Part shown: piece after piece, positions 1-9,800 of the stretch | Position numbering within the stretch: position 1 is the first letter of the stretch | Layout: each line of letters starts with the position of its first letter | Translations under genes and position numbers: made by a program | Notes under the pieces: generated by a model | Told to the model about the DNA's origin: nothing | The model's input: only the letters and a program-made list of their open reading frames with translations | Database searches by the model: none | IMG/VR virus record: IMGVR_UViG_2882072473_000006 | Length of the DNA: 25,784 nt | Reading direction: 5' to 3' (one strand) | From: an uncultured virus (IMG/VR IMGVR_UViG_2882072473_000006) | Lineage: Duplodnaviria > Heunggongvirae > Uroviricota > Caudoviricetes

Positions 1-459
1 TTCATTCTCCGCCTTTATATACTCGTTTTCTGCCCGAAGCCGGATCAATTCTTCTCGTTCGGATTCATTCAGTGGCCTTGCTTCTTCCTTTTTCATTTGG
101 GGTACCCCTTTACTTGGACGACCTTTTTTCATTTCTACCAGGCCATTATACCCCTTTGTTTTATAGTTTTGAACCCATTGATACAATAGTCTATCTTGAA
201 TACCGGCCTCGATTGCCACTGACACACAGGATTTTCCGGACATTACTTGGGATACTAGTTCCAGCCGTTCTTCTGGTGTCCAGTTCCTGTTGAAATTTTT
301 GTGTTTCAGTGCTTCTGGACCGCGGCTATCCTCTGCTCTTACCCATAGTCTCACTTTATCCCGAAAGGATTTATCGCTAACACCTTCCGGCGTTTCTGGC
401 CATTTTCCTTCTCGATACAGTTCTACACATTTCCTTTTGTACTCATATGTGTACCGCAT
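1..459 (-). CDS. IS3-family transposase OrfA (helix-turn-helix), 3'-truncated, at least 153 aa
   Basis: Manual translation from ATG at 459 gives MRYTYEYKRKCVELYREGKWPETPEG...WTPEERLELVSQVMSGKSCVSVAIEAGIQDRLLYQWVQNYKTKGYNGLVEMKKGRP...EELIRLRAENEYIKAENE. It is open to base 1 and has the HTH, GRP and leucine-zipper-like layout of OrfA. It is absent from the ORF track because no stop codon lies in the window. Confidence 0.85.
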   Translation of the reverse strand, partial: MRYTYEYKRKCVELYREGKWPETPEGVSDKSFRDKVRLWVRAEDSRGPEALKHKNFNRNWTPEERLELVSQVMSGKSCVSVAIEAGIQDRLLYQWVQNYKTKGYNGLVEMKKGRPSKGVPQMKKEEARPLNESEREELIRLRAENEYIKAENE

Positions 460-464
460 AATAA

Positions 465-498
465 TACCCCCTTTACTGGGTGTCCAGTAAAGGGGGTA
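465..498. repeat. Perfect 15-bp inverted repeat with 4-nt loop at the IS end, covering the OrfA ribosome-binding site
   Basis: TACCCCCTTTACTGG (465-479), loop GTGT, CCAGTAAAGGGGGTA (484-498). Confidence 0.9.
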
Positions 499-554
499 CA
501 TATCATTCACCGAGGGCTCCGCTTTCTTTTTATTTTTGAAAGGAGAAAACTGCA

Positions 555-944
555 ATGCTGAAGAAAACCATGACTTACGAGGACTACAACGGTGTTCCCC
601 GCACCGAGGACTTTTACTTCAATCTGACCCCCGCTGAGGTGACGGAGATGGAGCTTTCCGTGGATGGCGGTCTGGTGGAGATGATCAACCGCGTGGTCGC
701 GGCCCAGGACGGAAAGCAGATCATCAACGTGTTCAAGGACATCATCCTGCGGGCCTATGGCGAAAAGTCCCCCGACGGCAAGCGTTTCGTCAAGAATCAG
801 GAGATCCGGGACGCCTTCGCCCAGACCAACGCGTACAGCGACCTGTTCATGGAGCTGGCCACCGACGCCAAAGCCGCGGCCGCATTCGTCAACGGCGTCA
901 TCCAGCAGCCGAAGAAGGCCCCCGCGCCCGCCCCGCAGAACTGA
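555..944 (+). CDS. Putative phage tail assembly chaperone (129 aa)
   Basis: GAAAGGAG RBS upstream and phage-like codon usage. Size and position upstream of the tape measure gene fit a chaperone; the function is inferred from synteny. Confidence 0.55.
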   Translation: MLKKTMTYEDYNGVPRTEDFYFNLTPAEVTEMELSVDGGLVEMINRVVAAQDGKQIINVFKDIILRAYGEKSPDGKRFVKNQEIRDAFAQTNAYSDLFMELATDAKAAAAFVNGVIQQPKKAPAPAPQN

Positions 945-964
945 GTTTGAACAGGGGGCCGGAG

Positions 965-1507
965 ATGCTGGAACTTGTGGTGCCTAAATCAGAGCAGTAT
1001 GACGACGACAGCGGCTGCTTTATTACGACCAAGGAACAGACCCTTCGTCTGGAGCACTCTCTGGTCTCCCTTTCAAAATGGGAGGCGAAGTGGCACAAGC
1101 CGTACCTGTCCACCAAGTCGAAGACGGTGGAGGAGCAGATCGACTACGTCCGCTGCATGACCCTGACCCAGAATGTTGACCCCAATGTCTATACCGCCAT
1201 TACACCCCAGCTGCTGGCGGTGGTCAAGGACTACATCGAGGACTCCATGACGGCCACCACCTTCTCGAAGGAACAGAGAGGCCGCCGGGGGAGGGAAATC
1301 GTGACGGCGGAGATCATCTACTACTGGATGATCTCCCACCAAATCCCCTTCGAGTGCCAGAAGTGGCATTTGAACCGGCTGATGACGCTCATCAACGTAT
1401 GCAGCGCCAAGACTGGCCCGCAGAAGAAGATGAGCCAGAAGGATATTTTCGCACAAAACCGCGCCCTGAACGCGGCGCGAAGGAAGAGAGGAAACACAAG
1501 GGGGTGA
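965..1507 (+). CDS. Phage protein, putative second tail assembly chaperone (180 aa from ATG 965)
   Basis: ATG at 965 is in frame with the track ORF 947..1507 and has a G-rich RBS upstream. The C-terminus is basic (ARRKRGNTRG) and the gene lies in the tail operon. Confidence 0.5.
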   Translation: MLELVVPKSEQYDDDSGCFITTKEQTLRLEHSLVSLSKWEAKWHKPYLSTKSKTVEEQIDYVRCMTLTQNVDPNVYTAITPQLLAVVKDYIEDSMTATTFSKEQRGRRGREIVTAEIIYYWMISHQIPFECQKWHLNRLMTLINVCSAKTGPQKKMSQKDIFAQNRALNAARRKRGNTRG

Positions 1508-1511
1508 CGCC

Positions 1512-2813
1512 ATGTATGAAGAACGGATCTGGAGATTCCTGAAGGGGAAGCTGCTTTCCGACTGCGGAGCCGCCGGACTGATGGGAAACCTCTACGCCGA
1601 AAGCGGGCTGAACCCCGTCAATCTCCAGAACACCCATGAGAGGAAGCTGGGGCTCTCGGACAAGGAATACACCCAGCAGGTGGATTTCGGACTTTACGCC
1701 GACTTTGTCCATGACGGAGCGGGTTACGGCCTTGCCCAGTGGACCTTCTGGAGCCGGAAGCAGAACCTGCTGGCCTTTGCCAAAAGCAGGGAGAAGAGCA
1801 TCGGCGATCTGGAGACGCAGCTGGAGTTCCTGTGGAAGGAGCTGACGGAAAGCTACGCCTCCCTGGCGCAGATGCTGATGTCTGCCAGTTCTGTCCGGGC
1901 TGCCTCCGACGCGGTCCTGCTCCAGTTTGAACGCCCGGCCGACCAGAGTGAGACGGCCAAAGCCCGCCGGGCTGCCTACGGGCAGAAGTATTACGACCAA
2001 TTTGCAGGAAAGGAGGCGGCCGCCATGAGCAACAGTCCATTGGTCTCCTACACAAAGCTGTCCCCTAACCATTCCGGTAGGCGCAAGCACGCCATCGATA
2101 CCATCTCCATCCACTGTATGGCCGGTGATTTGACGGTGGAGAGCTGCGGAAACCTGTTCGCCAGCCCAAGCCGGAAGGCCAGCAGCAATTACGGGATCGG
2201 GAGCGACGGCCGGATCGGACTCTATGTGGAGGAATGCAATCGCTCCTGGTGCACCTCCTCCAGCTCCAACGACAACCGGGCCATTACCATCGAGGTGGCG
2301 AACAACGGGGGAGCCAACCAGGGATGGCCGGTATCTGACGCGGCTTATCGGTCCCTGATCGCCCTCCTGGTGGACATCTGCCAGAGAAACGGGGTTAAAC
2401 GGCTGCTCTGGAAGGGGGACAAGTCGCTGATCGGGCAGGTGGATAAGCAGAACATGACCGTCCACCGCTGGTTTGCGGCAAAGGCGTGCCCAGGGGACTG
2501 GCTTTACAGCCGCCACGGGCAGATCGCCGATGAGGTAAATGCAAAACTGTCTGAGGAGGACGAGGATATGGACCAGACAAAATTCAATGAGATGTTCTCC
2601 GCCGCCATGACGGATTATCTCAAAGGTCTTCAGAACAACAACTGCGGCGACTGGTCCCAGGAAGCGCGGGGCTGGTGTATAAGCGTCGGGCTGTTTGCCG
2701 GAAACGGAACCGCAGTGGACGGAAAGCCGAACATGATGTGGCCGTCCGGGCTGACCCGTGAACAGGCCGCCCAGCTCTTCTACCGGCTTGCGAAGATGGT
2801 GGGGCTTGCGTGA
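1512..2813 (+). CDS. Endolysin: N-terminal phage-tail-lysozyme-like domain, Amidase_2-type N-acetylmuramoyl-L-alanine amidase, and C-terminal SLH-like wall-binding domain
   Basis: Lysozyme-like motifs AAGLMGNLYAESGLNP, GYGLAQWT, QLEFL and FERP. Amidase motifs ISIHCMAG, SSNYGIG, ITIEVAN and HRWFAAKACPG. The C-terminal WSQEARGWC...GLFAG...LTREQAAQLFYR resembles SLH. Confidence 0.85.
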   Translation: MYEERIWRFLKGKLLSDCGAAGLMGNLYAESGLNPVNLQNTHERKLGLSDKEYTQQVDFGLYADFVHDGAGYGLAQWTFWSRKQNLLAFAKSREKSIGDLETQLEFLWKELTESYASLAQMLMSASSVRAASDAVLLQFERPADQSETAKARRAAYGQKYYDQFAGKEAAAMSNSPLVSYTKLSPNHSGRRKHAIDTISIHCMAGDLTVESCGNLFASPSRKASSNYGIGSDGRIGLYVEECNRSWCTSSSSNDNRAITIEVANNGGANQGWPVSDAAYRSLIALLVDICQRNGVKRLLWKGDKSLIGQVDKQNMTVHRWFAAKACPGDWLYSRHGQIADEVNAKLSEEDEDMDQTKFNEMFSAAMTDYLKGLQNNNCGDWSQEARGWCISVGLFAGNGTAVDGKPNMMWPSGLTREQAAQLFYRLAKMVGLA

Positions 2814-3166
2814 TGAGAAATCGTACAAGCCGAACCAGAGGCAAAGCTGGAAGAAAGCCGGACCTGTCGCAGTTTTCAAAATGGATGATCGCCGACATTC
2901 GTCCCCTGCTGTGGGTCGTGACTGTCGGCGGTTTTTTACTGGCCTTTTACTGTGTCTACAAGGGATACACCGGCGCGCTTCCGTGGATCGGCGCTATGGT
3001 GGGGCTCCCCTGGGGCGCCCATGGCATGGTGTGCAGCTTTTATCTGAACCTGTGCAAATCCGACCACCGGGAGGGCGGCATCACCTTTGAAACGGCAAAG
3101 GCCGCCAATTTCAACACCAATGTTTCACAGACGCCGGTAGGCTCCGTGGAGAGCCCGGCAATTTAA
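2810..3166 (+). CDS. Small membrane protein, possible holin or lysis accessory (118 aa)
   Basis: Basic N-terminus followed by two hydrophobic segments (LLWVVTVGGFLLAFYCVY and ALPWIGAMVGLPWGAHGMVCSFYL). It overlaps the endolysin stop codon. Confidence 0.55.
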   Translation: MMRNRTSRTRGKAGRKPDLSQFSKWMIADIRPLLWVVTVGGFLLAFYCVYKGYTGALPWIGAMVGLPWGAHGMVCSFYLNLCKSDHREGGITFETAKAANFNTNVSQTPVGSVESPAI

Positions 3167-3178
3167 GGAGGAGTATCG

Positions 3179-3484
3179 ATGACTGCGGAAATCATTTCCT
3201 CGCTGCTGATGCTTGTTGGCGGAATCACCATCCTGACCAACATCATCGTGCAGGTGGTCAAGAGCATCACCTGGGACAAAATTCCCACAAACTTGGTTGC
3301 GCTGTTCGTATCAGAGGCGCTGACGCTGGCCCTGGGAGGGGCCTATGCCTCGGTAAAGGGCATCGACATCGCCTGGTACATGGTGGCGGCCGCCATCGTG
3401 GTGGGGCTGATGTCCGCCTATGCGGCCATGTTCGGCTTCGATAAATTCAAGGAAGCCATCGAGGGCTGGAAACAGAAAAGCTGA
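3179..3484 (+). CDS. Putative holin (101 aa, about 3 transmembrane segments)
   Basis: AAGGAGGAG RBS, three hydrophobic stretches, a charged C-terminus (FDKFKEAIEGWKQKS), and a position beside the endolysin. Confidence 0.7.
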   Translation: MTAEIISSLLMLVGGITILTNIIVQVVKSITWDKIPTNLVALFVSEALTLALGGAYASVKGIDIAWYMVAAAIVVGLMSAYAAMFGFDKFKEAIEGWKQKS

Positions 3485-3505
3485 TCTTGAAGGAGGTGGC
3501 CGAAC

Positions 3506-3883
3506 GTGATCCATTTCAGACATACGGGGGATTTCTCGAAGCTGACCCGGTTTATGGAACGGGCAAAGGAGGCCGTCCGTCTCGGCGATCTGAACAAGTA
3601 TGGCCGGGCGGGGGTGGCGGCCCTCTCGTCCGCAACCCCGGTTGACTCCGGAGAAACGGCCGCCTCCTGGTATTACGAGATTACCAACAAGAACAACACC
3701 ATCACCATCTCGTTTCACAATTCCAACATTCAAAATGGAGTCCCCATCGCCATCCTTCTCCAATACGGGCATGGCACGGGGACCGGAGGCTGGGTACAGG
3801 GAAGAGATTACATCAACCCTGCGATCCAGCCTATTTTTGACCAGATAGCAGAATACGCCTGGAAGGAGGTGACTCGGTCATGA
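3506..3883 (+). CDS. HK97 gp10-like phage tail/neck component (125 aa)
   Basis: AAGGAGGT RBS with GTG start. Motifs ATPVDSGETAASW, LQYGHGT and DYINPA resemble the PVDTG / EYGT / PFLRPA pattern of this family. Confidence 0.6.
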   Translation: MIHFRHTGDFSKLTRFMERAKEAVRLGDLNKYGRAGVAALSSATPVDSGETAASWYYEITNKNNTITISFHNSNIQNGVPIAILLQYGHGTGTGGWVQGRDYINPAIQPIFDQIAEYAWKEVTRS

Positions 3884-6800
3884 GCAGGACGATCGACGAG
3901 AGAATCGTTGAAATGCGGTTTGATAACCGGCAGTTCGAGCAGAACGTGCAGACCAGCCTGTCTACGCTGGACAAACTCAAGCGGGGACTGGACCTGGACA
4001 ACGCCGCCAAGAGCCTTGACGGGCTTGGGGACGCGGCGAAGCGGTGCGACATGTCCGTCCTCGGCAAGTCTGTGGAGACGGTCCAGGCCAAATTTTCGGC
4101 GTTCCAGGTCGTCGCCATGACGACTCTTTCCAACATCACCAATTCGGCGGTGAACACGGGAAAGCGGCTCGTGTCCGCCCTGACAATCGACCCCATTAAA
4201 ACGGGTTTTCAGGAGTATGAGACCCAGATCGGGGCGGTGCAGACCATCCTGGCCAACACCCAGCACGAGGGGACCAACCTCCAGCAGGTGAACCGGGCCC
4301 TGGATGAGCTGAATACCTACGCGGATAAGACCATCTACAACTTTACCGAGATGACCCGGAACATCGGCACGTTCACCGCGGCCGGCGCCAACCTGCGGAC
4401 CTCGGTGGACTCCATCAAGGGTATCGCTAACCTGGCGGCCATTTCGGGCTCCACCTCCCAGCAGGCATCCACAGCCATGTACCAGCTCTCCCAGGCCCTG
4501 GCCGCAGGCAAGGTCTCCCTGATGGACTGGAACTCTGTGGTCAACGCCGGTATGGGCGGCAAGGTGTTCCAGGACGCCCTGGTGCGCACCTCCGAGCTGC
4601 TGGGCACCGGCGCGCAGAACGCCATCAATATGTACGGCTCCTTCCGGGAATCCCTCACCAGAGGCGAGTGGCTCACCACAGAGGTGCTTACCGAGACCCT
4701 GAAGCAGTTTGCCGGCGCGTACAGCGAGGCCGACCTGATCCAGCAGGGATTCTCGGAGGCCCAGGCCCGGGACATCGCCCAAATGGCGAAGACGGCGGAG
4801 GACGCCGCCACCAAGGTCAAGACCTTTACCCAGCTCTGGGACACCCTGAAGGAGAGCGCTCAGTCCGGCTGGACCACCACATGGGAAATCCTGGTTGGCG
4901 ACTTTGAGGAAGCCAAGGAAGTGCTGACCGAGGTGTCCGACGCCATTGGCGGCGTGATCAGCGAGACCTCCCAGGCGAGAAACGAATTACTCAGCGGCGG
5001 TCTCAGCTCCGGCTGGAAGCAGCTGCTGGACCAGGGCATCGCCGATGAGGGCGGGTTCATTGAGTCCATCCAGGAGGTGGCCCGAGAGAGCGGCGACGCC
5101 TTTGACAAGCTGGTGGCCGACTCGGAGAGCTTCAGTGACGCGCTGAAGCAGGGGCTGACGGACGGGGTCGTATCCTCCGAGACCCTGACGCAGGCGGTCC
5201 ATAACCTGCGGGAGAAGATGACCGGCATGTCCCAGGAGGAGCGCAAGGCGGCCGGATACACCGCGGAGATGATCGAGCAGATTGAAGCCCTGGACAAGGG
5301 ACTTCAAAATGGTTCGGTCTCCATGGAGGAGTTTACGGAAAAGATCCTGCGCCCCTCCGGACGGGAAAACCTGATCCAGGCGGTCTGGAATGCGGCTAAG
5401 GGCCTGGTCAGCGTCATTACCCCCATCAAGGACGCATTCCGCGAAATCTTTCCGCCCGCAACCGCCGACCAGCTGTACTCTCTTACGGAGACTCTCCGCA
5501 GCTTTTCTGAGTGGCTGACCCTCTCCGAGGAGACGGCGGACAAGCTGGGGCGCACCTTCAAGGGGCTTTTCTCGGTGCTGGACCTGGTGCGGCAGGGCGC
5601 TCTGGCGATTTTCAACGCTTTGGCGCCTCTGGGCAGCGGAGCCGGTTCCCTGGCTGACGGCATTCTCACCATAACCGCAGGGATCGGAGATTTCCTGGTC
5701 GGCATCAACGAGGCGGCCAAGCAGGGAGAGTTCTTTGGAACGGTGGCCCAGACGGTCGCCTCGGCGCTGGAGTTTGTTGTGTCCGGGATCGAGCGACTGA
5801 CCGGATTTCTCGCCGACGCCTTTGCTGCCCCAGGCCTGGAATCCTTCCAGGCGCTTTTGGGACGCATCCAGACCCGCATTGGGCAGGTCATCGACGTGGT
5901 GAGCGGCCTGGGCGGCGGGGTCAGCGACGCGGCGGATACTATGGATTCCGCCCTGGAAAACAGCAAATTCCTGCAAATGCTCCAGACCATTTTCAACGGC
6001 GCAAAGACCCTGGTCTCTGGCATCATCGGCGTATTCGGCGGCCTTGCCGGCGCACTGGTGGAGAGCCTGAGCAACGCGAATTTCAGCGGCGTCATCGACC
6101 TGCTGAACGGCGTCTCCCTGGGTGCTATCGCCCTGGGCATTAAGAAGTTCCTGGACTCCTTCCGGGAGGTCACAGACAGCGTCGGCAGCATCAAGGAGGG
6201 CGTGATCGGGATTCTGGACGGCGTAAAGGGCTGTTTCCAGGCCTGGCAGAATGACGTCAACGCCAAGGCCCTGCTGAAGATCGCGGCCGCTGTCGCGGTG
6301 CTGTCCGCATCCATTCTCACCATTTCCCTGATCGACAGTGAAAAGCTGACGGCGTCCCTGGGGGCCATCACGGTGCTCTTTACCGAGCTGATGGCGGCCA
6401 TGGCGGTGTTCGGAAAGCTGGACCTGAATGTCCGCGGAACAATGAAGCGCTCCACGGCAATGATCGCCCTCTCCTCCTCGGTCCTGATTCTGGCCTCCGC
6501 GCTGAAAAGCATTGCCACGCTGGAACCGGAACAGATGGCGGCGGGGCTTGCGGGCATCGCCGGACTTATGGCTGCCCTGGTGGCAGCCGCGAAGGTGCTG
6601 GGCTCCGGTTCAAGCTCCATCATCAAGGGTTCTGCCCAGATGGTGGTCTTTGCCGCGGCAATCAAAATACTGGCCTCGGCCTGCGCCGACCTGGCCCAGC
6701 TGGACCTTGCCGGACTGGCAAAGGGTCTGATCGGCGTCGGTGTGCTGCTGGCAGAGGTATCGCTCTTCATGAACGCGGCCAAGTTCAGCGGAAGGTCGGT

Positions 6801-9800
6801 GGTCACTGCCTCGGGCGTTCTGGTACTGGCCGGCGCTATGAAGGTGCTGGCCTCGGCCTGCAAAGACTTTGCCCAGATGGGTGTTGGCGAGCTGGTCAAG
6901 GGGCTGAGCGCCATCGGCGCGGTCCTGCTGGAGATCACGGCCTTTACCAAGCTGGCCGGAAGCGCCAAGGGGCTGATCACCACCGGAGCCGCCATGATCG
7001 AGATTGGCGCGGCCATGAAGATATTTGCCTCCGCTATGGCGGACTTCGGACGGATGTCTCTGGCAGAGATCGGCAAGGGCTTGCTGGCTATGGGCGGAGC
7101 CCTGGCAGAGGTGGCTGTGGCCATGCGCTTTATGCCCCGGAACATGGTAACCATGGGGGCGGGCTTGATCGCGGTGGGAGCCGCGCTGAACATCATTGCC
7201 GACGCCATGCGGTCCATGGGCGGCATGAGCTGGGAGGCTGTCGCAAAGAGCCTGGTCACCATGGGCGGGGCTCTGGTCGAGCTGGCCGTTGGTCTGAACT
7301 TCATGAACGGCACGTTGGGCGGTTCCGCCGCCATGCTGGTGGCTGCCGCCGCGCTGGCAGTGCTGACGCCGGTGCTGGTTACGCTGGGCAGCATGAGCTG
7401 GGAAGCCATTGCCAAGGGGCTGGTCACGGTGGCCGGCGCCTTTGCCGTCATCGGAACGGCCGGCGCACTGCTCACTCCGCTGCTGCCGACGATTCTTGGC
7501 CTGGGCGGCGCCTTCGCTCTGATCGGCGTTGGTGTTGCCGGCGTTGGGGCAGGTCTGCTCCTTGTCGGAACCGGCCTATCCGCCATTGCGGTGGGCATTA
7601 CGGCCCTGGCAACCTCCCTTGGAGCGGGCGTAGCCATTATCGTGGCCGGCCTGACCTCTATCATCACGGGCATCGCGGCGCTGATCCCGGCCATTGCGGA
7701 GAAGCTGGGTGAGGCGGTGGTGGCCTTTGCACAGGTCATTACGAATGGCGCTCCTGCCATTGGCGAGGCCGTCAAGACCCTTGTCCTCACCATGGTGGAC
7801 GTTCTGGTGGAGTGTGTCCCGGCCATCGCCGAGGGCGCTCTGGAGCTGGTTGCCGGGGTGCTGGACGCCCTGGTGGCCTATACGCCCCAGATCGTGGACT
7901 CCATCATGCAGTTCCTGATCGCGGTGATCGACGGGCTGGCCCGCAACATGCCCACCCTGATCCAGTCGGTGGTGGACCTGCTGATGTCCTTCTTCTCCGG
8001 CATCGTATCGGCGCTGGGAAGCATCGACACCGACGCGCTGCTGAAGGGCATCGCCGGAATCGGCCTGCTGAGCGGCATTATGGTGGCGCTGGGCGCTCTG
8101 GCCGGACTGATCCCCTCCGCCATGGTGGGTGTGCTTGGTCTGGGCGTTGTCATCGCAGAGCTGGCCATTGTTCTGGCGGCGGTGGGCGCGCTGGCGCAGA
8201 TCCCCGGCCTGGAGTGGCTCATCAGCGAGGGTGGTCAGCTCTTGCAGACCATCGGGAACGCCATTGGTGGCTTTATCGGCGGCATCGTGGGCGGATTTAT
8301 GAGCGGGGTATCCGGCTCCTTCCCCCAGATCGGCATGGACCTGGCCGCCTTTATGACCAACATACAGCCCTTTATCGACGGGGCAAGAGGTATCGACCCG
8401 GCCATGCTGGAGGGCGTCAAGGCCCTCACCGGGGCGATCATGCTGATTACGGCGGCCGATTTGCTGGAGGGTCTGACCTCCTGGCTCACCGGCGGCTCGT
8501 CCCTTTCCACCTTTGCCGAGGAGCTGGTGCCCTTCGGCGAGGCTATGAAGAAATTCTCCCACAGCATTACCGGACTGGACGGCGACCTGGTCAGCACGGC
8601 GGCAATCGCTGGAAAGACACTGGCTGAGATGGCCGCGATCCTGCCCAACAGCGGCGGCATCGCGGGATTCTTTGCCGGAGAAAACGACATGGGGACCTTC
8701 GGCGACCAGCTTGTGGGCTTCGGCGGCTCCATGATGAAGTTTGCCGCAAGCATCAAGGGGTTGGACACCGACGCGGTTCAAAATGCTGCTATCGCCGGTA
8801 AGGCCATGGCGGAGCTGGCTGCCACCCTCCCCAACACAGGAGGGGCGGTGGGCTTCTTTGCCGGCAACAACGACATGGACGACTTCGGCGAACAGCTCGT
8901 ACCCTTCGGAGCGGCCATCAAAGCCTATTCCGACGCGGTCAAGGGGCTTGATGTGGAGGCGGTCACCAATTCCGCCATTGCCGGACAGGCCATGTCGGAG
9001 CTGGCGGCTACTTTGCCCAACACCGGCGGAGCCATAGCCTTCTTCGCTGGCGACAACGACCTTGCCACCTTCGGCGAGCAGCTGGTGTCCTTCGGGGCGT
9101 CCATCAAAAGCTATGCCCAGGAGGTGACGGGGCTGGATACCGACGCGGTCGCCAGCTCGGCGGTCGCCGGACAGACCCTGGTGGAGTTGGCAAACACCTT
9201 GCCCAACACCGGGGGCCTGGTGGCCTTCTTCACAGGCGACAACGACCTTGAGACCTTCGGGGAACAGCTGGTGCCCTTTGGGGAGGCGATGAAGGCCTAC
9301 TCCGACAGCGTGACCGGCATGGACAGCGCAGCCGTAACCGCCTCCGCCACTGCGGCGAAGGCCCTTGCGGAGCTGCAAGCCTCGCTGCCCAATATTGGCG
9401 GCGTGGTGGATTTCTTTACCGGCGGCAACGACCTGGAGACCTTCGCAAACGGCCTTCTCCCCTTTGGAGAGGGCATGAAGGCCTATGCCGACGCGGTGAG
9501 CGGAATGGACGCGGGGGCGGTTTCCGCCTCCATTATCGCCGCCCAGGCCCTGGCAGAGCTCCAGGCATCTCTTCCCCATGTGGGAGGGGTGATGAACTTC
9601 TTTACCGGGGGCAACGATCTTGGCCTGTTCGCAGAGGGGATTCTCTCCTTCGGCGAGGCCATGAATTCCTACGGAAACGCCGTATCCGGCATCGATGCCG
9701 GGGCGGTATCCGCCTCCGCTACTGCGGCTCAGGCGCTGTCCCGGCTCCAGGCGTCCCTCCCCAATGTAGGCGGCATCATGGAATTCTTCACCGGCGGGAA

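Larger units (their letters stand above)
1..505 (-). mobile_element. IS3-family (IS150-like) insertion sequence, left end; truncated by the window edge
   Basis: The - strand from 505 reads TGATATGTACCCCCTTTACTGGACA, fitting the TG-initiated IS3/IS150-type terminal repeat pattern. An OrfA-like ORF follows, and the segment is clearly more AT-rich than the phage DNA after about 510. Confidence 0.8.

Noticed and set aside
72..490. Track ORFs 72..293 and 290..490 on the + strand
   Set aside because: They are antisense shadows of the IS OrfA on the - strand and have no RBS or recognisable motifs.
900..970. Programmed frameshift joining the two chaperone-like ORFs (lambda G/GT style)
   Set aside because: I found no convincing slippery heptamer before the stop at 944, and the second ORF has its own start.
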